Shown piece after piece: positions 1 to 13,260 of a stretch of DNA of 64,000 bases (position 1 is the first letter of the stretch; every line of letters begins with the position of its first letter). Source of the stretch: Narcine bancroftii (Eukaryota); contig NC_091478.1 in NCBI RefSeq assembly GCF_036971445.1, positions 91,512,001 through 91,576,000 on the forward strand, read 5' to 3'. A program made the translations under genes and the position numbers. The notes under the pieces are model-generated. The model worked only from the letters and a program-made list of their open reading frames with translations. It did not search any database and was not told where the DNA came from.

Positions 1-570
1 GTTTGGTTTTTCTCGTGAGCCAGATAATCCTATATCGGCATCTCAGGAAAAAGTTTTGGCTTTTTAATCACATTGATAGCAAGACGAGAAATTTTAGTGA
101 ACTGGAAAGATGATTTATCCTCTAATCATACATTAATGCCCTATTTAAGTTTAGAGAAAATTAGATAGAATATAAAAGAAAGTTCCAATTTATGAAATTG
201 TGGGGCCCATTCTTAAAAATTTTTACAATTGGCAGAATTAACAATTACTGCACGTTTCTATGACTCATTGCCTGTTCTTCGGGGTCATCAATGGTTCCAC
301 ATTTTTTTGTGGAACAACAATGGTTTTTAAAAAAATTAATTATATAAGGTAACCTTGATTAGATGTAGTTTCAGTTTTTAGTTTTTTTAAATTTTATTTT
401 ATTTGTTATTTCAATAAATGGGTTTAACATGGTTGCATAGATCATTTCAATTAAATATTTTTGAGATAAAGGCAATTATTGATGTAGTTATATCTACTTT
501 GTTGTGTGTGCTTATTTGTATGTATGTATGCTTATCTGTTAAACTCAATAAAAAATATTTAAAAAAAAAC
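1..570 (+). mobile_element. 3' end of an L1-like LINE (decayed)
   Basis: ORF2 C-terminus-like decayed coding (LIARRE..NWK; LSLEKIR..), T-rich 3'UTR, aataaa and an A-rich tail at about 550-570. Confidence 0.55.
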
Positions 571-1239
571 ACTGGAACATGTTTAACAAAGACAATTATA
601 AAAGATTCATGGAATTCTATTTCACCAGAATGCCACAGCAAGGAAGTACATCAAATTTTATTTTATCATTATTAGTCTTCCATGTTACTATTTTAGCAAC
701 CCATCAAATTACAATAATTTCAATAGCATGCATCTAGATTAACACAAGATGCATAAAGCTAATGTGAATTTTTAGATCAGATTGACACTTTCAAAATTGA
801 AAATTATGTACTTGATTAAATAAAGAAGACAATAACATTAGCATGGTTGTTATATTATTAGAAACAATATTTAACCAACTATAAGAAACTACTTTGAAAT
901 AGCCAGAATTTGAAACAAAAAGATTAAAAAAAACAAAATCTGAACTTCATGCTAAGAAGTGTGAAATGAATGGGTAGAAAGTCAGGCAGAGATTGTCCAT
1001 ATCTTGTTTGAGTTTAAATTTCCTCTCCAACTCCTACTGCACCTCTCCATCAGTTCTCTTCCTCCAAATGAGCTTCAAATTACTTGGTTTTGTTGAGTAA
1101 ATTTTGTCAAAGTTCTGCTTCTTCATGGCTTCTTTGTGCCTTCAAGACTCCTTAAAGTTATATTGCTTATATTCCATTGTTATTGTATAAACAGGTAAAA
1201 TCTAACTGCAAGAAATCTTCTCTACATCCTCCATCAACA

Positions 1240-2175
1240 CCAGAGTACCACAGAGGGGCATTCATACCCCCTCTCTACTCGCTATACACCTATGACTGTG
1301 TGGCTCAGTACGACAACAGCATCATCTACAAATTCACTGACAATACCTCAGTAGTGGGTTGTATAAAAAGATGCAATGAGTCAGCAAACATGAGGGAGAA
1401 TGAATGGTGCACTAACAACAACCTCACACTCAATGTCACCAAAACTCCGGAGCTGATTGTTAACTTCAGGATGTGAAAAGCAGAGGTGTGCAATCCAGTG
1501 ATCATTGCATGAGAAAATTTAAATTCTTGGGAGTCACCATCTCAGAAGACCTATCCTGAACCCAGCACACCAATGGCATCACGAGGAGAACACATCAGCG
1601 CCTCTACTTTCTCAGGAGTTTGCGGAGGTTTGAAATGACATTGGAAACCCTAGAAAATGTTCAGATTGTTGGAAAGTTTGTTGACCAGCTGTATCATGGT
1701 CTGGTATGGGGAACAGCAGTATTCCAGAGTGCAGAGCCCTGCAAAAGGTAGTGGACACAGTCCAGGACATCACAGGCAAAACCCTCCCCACCATTGAGAA
1801 CACCTACAGGGAATGCTGCCATCAGAGAGCAGCATCCATCATCAAGGATCCTCATCGCCCAGCACACACATTGTTCACACTGCTACCATTAGGAAAGCCA
1901 CAAGAAGCACACCACCAAGTTCAGAAAAAGCTACTACCCATCCATCATCAGACGCCTCCACAACAAACTCAATCTGGGACTCATTTAAGAAATCTTACTT
2001 TTATGCTTTATTGATTTTTTCATCTTTGTATTGCATACAGTTTATTTAAATTTCTTATTTGTTTACATGTGTATGTTGAGTAGATTTTTTTGCACTATCA
2101 ATAGTGGTAACTGAAAATTGAAAATGAATCTCAAGGTTGTATGTGATGTCAATGATGTACTTTGATAATAATTTG
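1240..2175 (+). mobile_element. Rex1/Babar LINE fragment
   Basis: RT motifs PLYSLYTYDCVA..IYKFTDNTSVVG..EWCTNNNLTLNVTKT and C-terminal RALQKVVDTVQDITG..IIKDPHRPAHTLF; frameshifted. Confidence 0.8.
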
Positions 2176-2469
2176 GAAATCAGAAATCAATGGCTAATTT
2201 CCTCCTAATGATGGCTGTCCCATCAGGAATCTACTTATCATAGAAATTTAATTAACATTCATAAAAAATGTACAAGTTTGGAATTGGATAAAGTTATTAC
2301 TACCTTTTGAGAACTTTTTTTGGCTAACAACTAGATCTCTGGTTAGTCCAAGGTGGGACACATGGAGAGAGATCTGGAGGCTATTGCTGTATTATCTGAT
2401 CTTTTTGATAGGTGCTGCTCAAGACTAAACTAAAAAGTAGCTCTCCCCTGCTCCTTCATTTCTTGCACT

Positions 2470-3060
2470 TCCATTCTCACCCCATCTCTCCCAGATAGAA
2501 CAAGGACAGGATCTCTTAGTCCTCATTTCCATCCGAACAGCTGCCACATCACCCTCCAACACTTCTGCCAACTTCTATCAGTTGCCATCACCATCTAAAT
2601 TTTCCCCTACCCCACCCCATCAATTTTTCACAATGATCAGTCTCTCCAGGACACCCTGATCTGCTCTTCCCTCCCAACTCATTCTTCCACGACCCACTGT
2701 AATTGCAGGAAGTATAATATATCTACATCTTCCCCTTCAAAAGCATCCAAGGCCATTAACAGACACTCCAGATGAGGCAGAATTCTGCATGCACCTCCTC
2801 CAACCTAATCTATTGTATTCAGTGCAGTCAGTGTAGCTCATATATATCAATTAAATCGAATGTAGATTGGGCGATTGGTTTGCTGAACACTTGTGCTGTA
2901 TATGGAGATCTGAGCTAGAACTCCAGTTTGCTAGCCATTTTCCTTCACAGCACCATTCCTACATAGCTTCATACATTGTCATGGTGAGGCTAAAAGTTTT
3001 GTCTCGTCTAGTCTCACTTTACAACATGACACCTGTGTTGCCCCCAATCATTTCAAATTC
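2470..3060 (+). mobile_element. Penelope-like element fragment (GIY-YIG region)
   Basis: Similar to the Penelope copies at 18.3-19.2 kb and 32.4-33.2 kb (cacctcctccaacctaatctattg..., gattgggcgattggtttgctgaacac). Confidence 0.55.
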
Positions 3061-3741
3061 TCAGGTCCAAAGAAGGGATAGGACATTGGACAAATAAAGG
3101 TAGGAGAGATTGAGAGACAGGTAGGAGAAGAAACACTGTGGGGGTTGGGGAAGCAGGTGGAATTTAAGTGAAGTAGAATGGGAGGAGATAGAGGACAGAT
3201 GGAAACAAATGTCCTGGATTGGGACTTCCCTAATCTTAGAAAACCAAACATTCATGGCATTCAGTTCAAGGCTACCCAGGAGAAATATAATACAGTAATA
3301 CCCCTGATATCCGGAATTAAACAACCAGCAGCGAAAAGCAACTGGCAAAAGAGGAAAATAAAATGAATAAGAATAAAATAGGTAAAAAAATATACAGTAA
3401 AATCCTCAGCACCTGGCACCTGCAGAGATTGAAGATGCTGGATATGCAAATTTTCTGGTTGCCTGAAACACATTCTTACAATGCCTAACTAGTACACCAC
3501 CATTTAGAATAAACAATTTAAAAGACAAACTACAGTGCAAAATCTAAAGTTATTTGAAGGAAATCTGTATTGTAGTCCACAATTATGGAAAGTTCACTTT
3601 AATCAGGCAATTCCGGTAACGTACAAAATTTAAATTCGAACCCCGGTTGCTGGCACTGTAACAGCATTGCGCGAACTGTGTCATCATCATAATTAACACC
3701 CTCACCCTTCCCCAAGTTTACAGATACAGCCTTACTGATAT

Positions 3742-3971
3742 TGTTAAGTGCCCAGAGGACCCAAAACCCAGCAACAATAGATATTCACCAAGACAAATGG
3801 TTACTTAAACAAAAGTTCCTTTTAATTATCTTTAAGCAAGAAAATAGAATCAAACTTTAATTTATCACTATTGACTTAATGAACCTAACTTAACCCCTTC
3901 TAATTCTAAGCGCACATGTATGTAATGTGTGTGCAAGTTCAGAAAAGTTCTTTGATTCACACTCCAATTTA

Positions 3972-3977
<6 letters not shown>
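3742..3977 (-). mobile_element. Truncated LTR, same family as 33329-34339 and 62403-63398
   Basis: Shares cccagaggaccc-aaaacccagcaacaatagatattcaccaagacaaatggttacttaaacaaaagtt with both copies; homology stops at the (TG)n tract. Confidence 0.75.

Positions 3978-4028
<51 letters not shown>
3975..4028. repeat. (GT)n microsatellite, about 27 units
   Basis: Read directly from the sequence. Confidence 0.98.
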
Positions 4029-4029
<1 letters not shown>

Positions 4030-4249
4030 CTGAGGTTGCAGCAGGAAGTGCTGCAGGAACACAAGAGAAGACCAAGGAGTCACAAATAGGACAATCCCTC
4101 CAAAAGGTAGATAGGGGAGGGGAAGAGTGGGATCTCATTGAAATTGGCAGAAGGTACATGTGGAAGTTTGGGGGGGGGGGGGGGTGAAAAATAGTATGGA
4201 CTAAAGGGATTATCCTTTTTCTGTGGTGGGGGGGAAGGGCGTAAGCAGG

Positions 4250-5030
4250 CAGGGTTAGTGTGTAAGTGTGTGAAATGGAGGAGCTGAGGGTACTCAGATA
4301 AATGACAACAGGTGGAAAGCCACGTTTCTCAAAGAAGACATTCTGGAGTGGGAAGCCTCATCCTGGGTAGATGGGTAGAGAAACTAAGAGAAAGAAAAAG
4401 CATCCTTACAGGGATGTAGTCCAGGTAGTTATGGGAGTCCATGGTTTTGTAATAAATGTCTGTGAATAATTTATCTCCTGAGATGTAGTCATGGAAGTCC
4501 ACAAAGAGGAGAGATGTTGGAAATGGTTCAAGTAAATTTGAGGGTGGGGGGTGGGGTAGAAGTTGATGATACTGTTAAGTTCTATGCAGGCACAAGAGGC
4601 AGCAGAAATCCAATTGTTGATGTCATGAAGGAAGAGTTGGGGAGAGATATCCAGGGTAAAGTTGAAATGAGGACTGTTCTGCATAACTGCTAAAAAAAAG
4701 TAGGTATAACTAAACCCTATGATCATGGCTACCCAATGGATTTGGAGCAAATTAAAGAGTCATGAGATGATATTGTGGGAAAATAAACACAAAAATGCTG
4801 GAGGAACTCAGCAGGTCATGCAGCATCCATAGGAGATAGAGATATATAACCAACGTTTTGGGCTTGAGCCCTTCAAGGTTCCTGCTGAGTTCCTCCAGCA
4901 CTTTTGTGTTTTTAATCACAACCTTAGCCTCTGAAGACTTTCGTGTTTCACTCTGTTGAGGGAAAGAACAAGTTTCGTCAGGTGGAGAAAGGTGTTGGTA
5001 GAATGGAACTGAACAGATCTTCATCATGAA
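4250..5030 (-). mobile_element. Penelope-like fragment with an inserted inverted terminal module (4785-4911)
   Basis: Minus-strand RT-like peptide (VAMIIGFSYTYFFL..LFLHDINNWISAASC..); 31-bp inverted repeat of the Penelope-family tail. Confidence 0.6.
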
Positions 5031-5046
5031 AGAAAGAAATTTTTAC

Positions 5047-5120
5047 CTCAAAGGAATATTCAGTAGTTTTCTCATTCTTTTTATGCTGTAATCCTTTCAG
5101 ATCTATCCTCTCAATGTTCA
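5047..5120 (-). CDS. ZCCHC14: ZCCHC14 coding exon 3
   Basis: tctttttcag|TGAACATT...TTTGAG|gtaaaa encodes (L)NIERIDLKGLQHKKNEKTTEYSFE (cf. human VSVEKIDLKGLSHTKNDRNVECSFE). 74 nt; phase 1 to 0. Confidence 0.92.
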
Positions 5121-5199
5121 CTGAAAAAGAAAAATATACTTCAGAAATATTTTTTGTTGCATATAACAGTATTATTACATTATTGTGCAATGTAAGTTT

Positions 5200-6780
5200 G
5201 GAAGGTAGGTCATAACCATAAATGGTAGGGCTCTTGGGAATATTGAGGACTTGGTGTACAAGTCCACAGATCACTCAAAGTAACAGCACAAATAAATAAG
5301 GTGGTGAAAAAGGTATATAATATATGAGTGTTCATTAACTATGGCTTAGAATACAAGGACAGAGAGGTCATAGCATGATTTTATAAAATTTTGGTTGGAC
5401 CATCGCTGAACTATTGTGTACCATTCTGCTCAGCGTGCCATAGAAGTGCAAGACTGCATTGGAGGAGGTGGATAGAAAAATTGCCCGGATGTTTCCAGGG
5501 CTGGATCACCTCAATTATAAGGAGAAATTGGATAGGTTGGGTTTATTTTCCTTAGAAAGGGAGAAGCCAATAGAAAGGCACAAAATAGTGATTGGGCAGA
5601 CAATGTGAAACTTTTGTCCCCCCGTTACAGAGATGGTTAAAACCGCAAGGCATGGAAGGAGAAGCAAGAAATTAGAGGTTAAATAACAAAATATATCCCA
5701 CAAAAACAAAAGTACTCAGTTTCCAAAGATAATTTTATTGAGAACCAGGATTTGTTTTTACTATACGTGTAATGAATTCAACCAATATCATGTTAAACAA
5801 TCCCTGCAGAAATTCTAAGCATTTCTATGTGAGAACTGGATATACAAATATCCATTTGCCTCAGGATCCACATTCCTTCTAAAAACCCATCCCTAACCTT
5901 CCATTTCCAGTGAAAACCAGTGGGAGCATCAGGTATATAATCTGCGCAAAGAGTTTCTGTCCGAAAATAACAGTGGCCTCATTAATGATGAGGAACATGC
6001 TGCAGAATAACTTTGATTTAACCACAGTTGGAATATTGTGTGCAATTTTGTTTGCCCCATTACAGGAAGAACTTGGAAGCTTTGGAAAGGGTACAGAAGA
6101 GATTTGTCAGGTTGTGGCCTGGTTTAAAGGAAATGAGTGATAAGAGAGGTTGGACAAACATGGGTTGTTTTCTCTGGATCATCAGATGCGAAAGGAAAAC
6201 CTAATAGACAGAGATAGGGTAGACAAAAGCTTTTTTCCTCCAAAGTGAAAATGCATTTAAGATGAAAGAGAGAAACTACAAGGGAGATAGGTTTTTTTTG
6301 TTTTTTGTGGTGGGTGCATGGTAGAGGCTCGCAAGAGTCGTGATGGAAGCAATTAAAGAGGTTTCTAGATGGACATGAAAGTGCAGGGAATAGAGGGATC
6401 TTTATCATTTGCAAGCTGCACAGAACTAATTTAATTTGGCACAAACATCATGGCTAAAGGGCCTGTTCCTATATGCACTATGTCCCAATAACCTAATTGC
6501 CTCTGGTGTACTTTGCAGCAGTCTGCAAACAACAGTGAAAAAACATGGCTTGCTAGTGAGTAACAATTGTTGGCCAAGTTTGGAAAATGTCACTCCAGCT
6601 TGACAATATCTTTCCTGTAGTGCGGTGAACAAAACTGAACACAATGCTCCAAATGGGGTCTTACGCAACAGTAAAATGACCTCCCAACTTCTGTGCTCAG
6701 TATTCTGACTGATGAGGCCAATGGGGGAGTGCCACAAGCCCTTTTGACCATCCTATCTATCTGTGTATCACTTTCTGTAC
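5200..6780. mobile_element. CR1 LINE 3' fragments in both orientations
   Basis: Typical CR1 3' motifs (ttggttggaccatcgctgaactattgtgtaccattctg; ttggaatattgtgtgcaatttt; minus-strand copy at about 6600-6770). Confidence 0.6.
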
Positions 6781-8397
6781 AAAACTACAGTGCAGTAAAA
6801 AAACTGCATTGACTACCATGCATCAAACATGAGAAAAGAATTCCATTTGACGAAAGCAAAGAACAAAGGCTCAGAAATCAATGAAATCCCAGAACTTAAA
6901 TGCCACACCATCAGTGTTACATATTTTCTTTCAAGTTGCATAGTGCGTTATGAAGGAAAGTACAGAGCAAGGTGGGGGAAGGGACATGGAAGTTGAGATC
7001 GTGATATGTAATCAATGCAGTGGTGGGATATGGGAATGTGTTCAAATGATAGAAAATGTGTATTGGGTCTGGGACTTGGTGGCAATCCAGTCGAAAGCAA
7101 GGAAAATAAAAATAAGTTGTTCTGGGTGTACCAATTATCACATGCTCTCAGGATACAGTGGACTAATTTCCCTGGTAATACTCCAGAAGGAAAATTGCAC
7201 AGGGCATTAAATCTTGTCTGCCCTTGATTGGCTCAGGCACAATAAGCATAACACACATGAAAGTGACCAGGCAAATTTCCAGAGTGATGCGAAACGACAA
7301 TAAATTATCAATGATTCCATAAAAAACTTCTTTCAATTGTATAATTCTAAAATAAATAGTATCATGATATTTGAATTTCTTAGAGAGAATCATTTTAGAA
7401 ATCCTGAAGCTAACCTTTTCAAACTATAATTAGTTACTAATGTTTGATTTCATCCAATTAACTACATTCTACCTTCAGAAGACAGAAGAGAATTGAACAT
7501 GAATCGATTTTTTTTATTGAGTACCATATATGGGCTATATGTAGACTGTACTGAACTGCAGGCTTAGAAATTCAAAAACTTCTATTAATCACTTTGGTCA
7601 GAACTATCTTGAATAAATTTAATGATTTGGTACCTTCATCACAGCACTAAGTAGATTACCCTACATACAAATAGCAGAGAAATAGGTTCTTTGGCCGACC
7701 ATATCCATGCTGACCATCATGAAAACATTGACAGTTCTTTTTCGCACACTGATAGAGCTCTAACCTCAGAGTTCCCCCAGCAGATTTCTTTTTATCCTGT
7801 TCAGGCCACTTGCCCATTATTTCCCATTACACTAAATTCTACATATTTTGTAACTCTTCCTTTAGAAAGCCTGCCCGTGGTAAGGCACTTGGAAAGCTCA
7901 AGGCAAATTCAGAGATTATAAAAAGAGATAGTTACTTGTTTTACCTTTGGCTTTTTTGATACTTTTTTCAAAACTAATAAAAGGAAAGTTCTCATACTTT
8001 TACATATTAAAATGGCAACTTATACGCAAAGAAATCAATTATTTCCAATTCTCAAAGAGTATTTATAATATGAAGCAGAGTTTACTTTCGAAGGACCCTC
8101 ACAACCACTCCCACACGTAACAATAAACAGCCAGTATAAACAAGTCACGAAAAGCAGCAAGACTAAAGCTGCTCAATTTCAGTACCACAGCAGCTTTGCA
8201 CTATTTCAAGAAAGGGTTAAGGAGAAACAAAGTCAACTGAGCCCATGTATAAAGGCTTCTTTGTTTAGTTTTCCAGTAAACAAAAGATCAATGTGCTTTG
8301 GAAAGGAGTAACTGTCTGATCCTATCGTTTTCAGACTTTCTCACAATTACATAATCATCTGGCGTTTCGCTGGATAGGGCTTTATTCTAATATATTT

Positions 8398-8518
8398 ACT
8401 TTCACTTTGTTTTAGTTTTTAAGTTTGTGCCTTTGCTTTTTCTCTATCTTTTTTTTAAACTTTTCTGGAGCGGGCTGGGGTTCCCCTACCGGCCACTACT
8501 CCATCACGTGACTCCTCC
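8398..8518 (-). mobile_element. 121-bp insertion made only of an L1 5' end, with a 15-bp TSD
   Basis: ccactactccatcacgtgac is shared with the 5' terminus of the L1 at about 22375-22403. Flanked by TATTCTAATATATTT at 8383-8397 and 8519-8533. Confidence 0.75.
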
Positions 8519-9271
8519 TATTCTAATATATTTCATAAAAATTCAAATGACGAAAGAGCTTCACAAGTAACTCCAACTTTTCAGTTATTATTTTTACTAA
8601 ACTCAGAATTTCTGCAAAGAGACCAATAAACTTTGGTTAAAACCAATTCTTATAATTGCATTGGCATAGGATTCATGTACAGGCTGATGAGAAAGGCAAA
8701 TATTTTGAAAGATTGGATTTCATTGAACAAAGACATTTTCTCCCAAAAATAATTTAGAAAGATAATTTAAAAATGCAAACGTGCCTTCAACATACCATTA
8801 AAAATATGTTCCTGAAACTTCTGACAATGAGAGGAATAAAAATGTTCCTGAAACTCTTGGCAATGATGGGACAATAAGAACATCCTAGATTCATGAATAT
8901 GCCACCCGATTGCGAATCATGATTTTTGTGGCACCAAACTAATGAAGCAATTTGATTCTCATATTTCCTTTTCCTTCACATCATATATTGCTAATTGTAT
9001 GGATAATAAATTTACTATTTGGATGTTGAAGATGAGTAAATGAATTCCTCTCAACTCGTAACATCCACTTCGAACAATTCAAAATTCAACAGTTACATCA
9101 CAATCCACTGAGGAGATTAAGAGAATGCATTTTATTATTTTCTTTCTTTGATTTCTTAATTCTGATAACCTGTCAAATATGTTTAATTCACATAATTGCA
9201 ATATATTATCAAACAAGATTAATCTGGGACTCCAATAGACACAGGTAAGATTTAAGCATGTTGAAACTTAC

Positions 9272-9383
9272 ATTTTGAATGTTTGCCTGAAGACCGTTTT
9301 TGGGACGAATCGTCACAGGAATGTGCTGATGTCTGTAATGCATTTTGCAAACAATGCACACCACTTTCAGCTCTGTGTACTAT
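9272..9383 (-). CDS. ZCCHC14: ZCCHC14 coding exon 2
   Basis: Not in the ORF track. ttctttttaaag|ATAGTA...TCAAAAT|gtaagt encodes IVHRAESGVHCLQNALQTSAHSCDDSSQKRSSGKHSK (cf. human ..LENALHTSAHSTEESLPKRPLGKHSK). 112 nt; phase 0 to 1 fits the flanking exons. Confidence 0.9.
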
Positions 9384-9769
9384 CTTTAAAAAGAAAGAAA
9401 ATTATGTTTCCTTCAATGTGGAAGAAACATTTTATGATCACCCATCCAATCACAATTACAGTTCATAAAGCAAATTCAATCTTCGCCACAAAAATCAACA
9501 TCACGTCATGATGCTTAACATAAATAGGTCAATAAAACTACATAATTAAGATTTTATAAGAACACAAGAAAATAGGAATAGGCCATCAGATCTTCAAGCC
9601 CGTACCACCATATGATCACAGCTGATCTATGCTGGCATCAACTGCTCATCTATTATTTCTCCATACCCCTCCAAAACTGGATGTAGTATTCTAGGTGAGG
9701 CCTCACTCACATTCTATACAATTGCAAAAAAAAACCATTTATCTATTTTTAAAGTTTGACTCTCTTGGC

Positions 9770-11390
9770 AATGAAGTTCAGAATGTACATTCAGGTTTAC
9801 TATCATCTGACTGTACATATGCAACCAGATGCAGCAATGTTTCTCTGGACCACAGTGCACACACAGTGCAGCACATAATAATCACATACTGCATGTACAT
9901 AAAATATAAAGCATACACATTTCAGAATAATTTACTAATTTAATTTAGAAGAGACCCAAGGACACCATTCAACAATCTGTGGGAAAAGCTATTTCCCAGT
10001 CTGGCAGTCCTGATTTTGATGCTCCTGTACTTCCCTTCAGATGGTAGGAAGTCAAAGATCTTGTTTGATGAATGGTAGAGATCCTCGCTAATTCTTTGAG
10101 CCCTATTTAAGTAGTCAATAGAGGAAAGGGAGAACACAGTGATCTTCTCGGCCATTTTAATGATCCTCTGTATTGACTTATGATGTTGTGCTTTGGAGCA
10201 ACCATACCACTCAATGATGCAGCCAGGCAGAACGCTCTTAGTTGTGCTTCTGTCAAATGTTGTCAAAATGGGGACCACTAGACTTGCCCCTCTCAACCTC
10301 CTTAGGAAGTGTGGGCACTGCTGTATTTGTTTAAAATTTATTGTGGGTTGCAGGTCCAGGATAGATCATACATTATATGCACACTAAGGAGCTTTGTGCT
10401 CTCTACTCTCTTCTTCTTCAATACGAGTTGAACCTGCTTGCTAGCTTTTTATGATTCATGGGAATATGGACCTCTCTGTAATTCACTCACTTGAAGTCGC
10501 TCACCATTTAGTTTGCAATCTACCTTTAAATTCCTCTAACCAAAGTACATGACCACATACTTCCCCACATTGAACTCCGTTTGCCAGTCTTTTGCCGACT
10601 CACTTAATCTATCTCTATCCCTTTGTAAAATTAGTGTCTTTATCAAAAAATGTCCTTCCACCTATTCTCGCATCACCAGAAAAATGGAAAAACTTGCACA
10701 CTGCCCCTTCCTCCAAGTCATTAATATAAAGAGTGAACATTTGCTAGCCAAGAGCTGATCCCTGCAGTACTCAACTTCATTCAGTCCGAAAAGCACCCAT
10801 TTATTCCAACTGTCTCCTATGAGGGACTCAATTTTTAATCCATTCCAACTCACTTCCATCAGCAACTTGTCAAATGACATTTTGAAATCTAAATACACTA
10901 TAACTACAGGTTTCCCACCTTCTGTATCAAGTCAAGTCAATTTTATTTATTGTTCATACCATGCTTGCACAGAAGGACAAGATAGCGTTTTTCCAGGTCC
11001 ACAGAGCATACTTACATATATGCAAGTTAGGAAAGCAGTTAACACATTAAAATATTAAGGTACTAAGATGTATACATTGAAAGTCCACAGTACACTATCC
11101 ACATCTGTACTAGGAGTTCAGGAGCCTGATGGCTTGAGGGAAAAAGCTGTTTCCCACTCTGGATGCAAGGGCCTGAGTGCCAGATGGCAAAAGGGAGTAC
11201 AGTTCAAATGCAGGATGTTTGGAGTCTTTCATAATGTCATTGCTTTCCACCTGCATCTAGTACAGTAGATGTCTTTCATACTAGGAAGAGGTTCCTCAAT
11301 GGTCTTTTCCGCTGATTTCACTATCCTCACTTGCAATCCGAGGTGGTACAGCTTCCAAACTAGATGGTGATATGGTTGCACAAGATCAAC
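9770..11390 (-). mobile_element. Two Rex1/Babar 3' fragments (about 9770-10410 and 10930-11390) interleaved with CR1
   Basis: WYGCSKAQ..RIIKMAEKIT..LPSEGKYRSIKIRTARLGNSF on the minus strand. Confidence 0.65.
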
Positions 11391-13260
11391 TCACTTGCTT
11401 ACATCTTCAAAGGATTTGAGTAAGTTTGTCAAACATGATTTACCTTCAATAAAATCATGTCGAAGAGTTTTAATTACATGCATGTTTCCTAAAAGTTATT
11501 TCCTCTTTGATTGTAGAATCTTGCCAATAATGTTAGCCTGTAGTTCCTTTGTTCCTTTTTTGAACAAAGGAATCACTTTCTTCAACCTTCTCATAACTAC
11601 CTGAAATTCAGTGAGTTAGGACAAATTTTAAACAATGCATCCACTATCTCTACAGTCACTTCCATTAAGACCCTAGTGTCCAATCTAACAGGTCCTAATG
11701 GCTTGTCTACCATTCTGCCTCCACCACCCCCAAGTTTCTTCATTAATTTATCCCTTCCATTTGGAATTTTCTTACATTCAACCAGGTTACCTTAGAGATA
11801 TTATCAATCTCTTCCACAGTGAAGATTGGTGCAAATGTGTTCAATATATCTGCCATTTCTTTATTTGCAGTTATTTATTAATTTGCTTCTTTCTTTAGAG
11901 GACCCATATTTAATTTGACTGCCAGTTTCCTATTTGTATATTCGTGGAAACAATTAGTTTGTTTTTATACACTACATGCAAGTTTTCTCCCAAAAATCAT
12001 TTTCTCTTTTCTTATGAGATTTTTTCTTCTGTTGTTGAATCCTTAAAAAAAAATTCCCAGACCACTGATTTACTACCAGCCCTTGCCACTTTGTATATCC
12101 AAATTTTCAATTTAACATTATCCTTAACATTAGCCATAGATTCTGACTTTTTCCCTCTTTTTAATTAGGAGTAACACTTCCTGAGCATTATAATGATTGA
12201 ATATATATGCTACTGTCTCTTAACTTATTTACCCAGTCCACCTTAGTCAACTCCTCCTTCATACTATTATAATTGCCCTTAAGTTGAAGACATGGTTATG
12301 GATCCATGTTTTTCATCCTCAAACTGTATTTTTGTTCAATCATACAGTGGTTACTATTTTATCTTTTATCTTTAACCTCAAGCTTTCTTATTAATCCTTC
12401 CTTATTGCAGAAAACCAAATCTAAAGCACCTCATTCCCGAGTATGCTCAGCAATGTCTTGCTCTGAAAATCAACCACTGATGCATTCCACAAATTCATCT
12501 TCTATGATGCCCTTGCTGGTTTAGTTCATCCAATTAACATTTATATTAATATTTCCTGTACTAATTGTAGTTCCCTTCAAACATGCTCTTTATATCTCCT
12601 CATTTATGGTCCAATTTATTGACAGGTCACATATTTTTCTTCCCCTGCTATTCACGATTTTAACTCAAGCCAAGCCCATATCATTATCTATCACTATTCT
12701 TGTACCTTCCTTGATTCACAATGTCACCCCATCGCCTTTCCTCTTTGGGCTTTTTTTTGAACAGTGTATAACCTGGAATATTAAATACTCAGTCCTGGTC
12801 ACTCTACAACCAGATTTTTGTACTGGCTATTCTATCAGATTCACAAGTTGCTACCTTTGTTATTGACCATCTTGTGGCAAATGCTATATGCTTCTAAACT
12901 TTAAAAACATTGCTTTTTTTTGCAGTTATTTACAACTTTGGATGTTTTGCATATTTTCATGAATGTCAGCTTACTATCCTGTGGCACTGTTCTTTCATTT
13001 TCTCCCAATTTATTAAAACCTACATTCTTGGAGCCCTTCCCCATCTAATTTGTTTAAAGCCCAATCTACAAATCTAGATATACAATTCGTCATGATACTG
13101 GTGTCAGTATAGTTCAGGAAAACCCATCCCAATAGATCAGATCTCTCCTCCAGTGCTGTTGCCAGCATACCATGAATCAGAAACTATTTCTCTCACACTA
13201 AGCTTTGAGACATGCATTTACTTATCTAATATTATTTAGATGTTGCCATCTTCCACAGTT
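10420..13260 (-). mobile_element. Long decayed CR1 LINE
   Basis: YLDFKMSFDK (cf. CR1 YLDFxKAFDK) at about 10870-10898; CR1-like sequence continues to about 13.2 kb. Confidence 0.55.

Noticed and set aside
3868-4187. HTHT/VCVC ORFs
   Set aside because: Translations of the (GT)n microsatellite.
1-5046. ZCCHC14 exon 4 (expected VLWSDSS..-like peptide)
   Set aside because: No matching exon found by eye; it probably lies left of the window.
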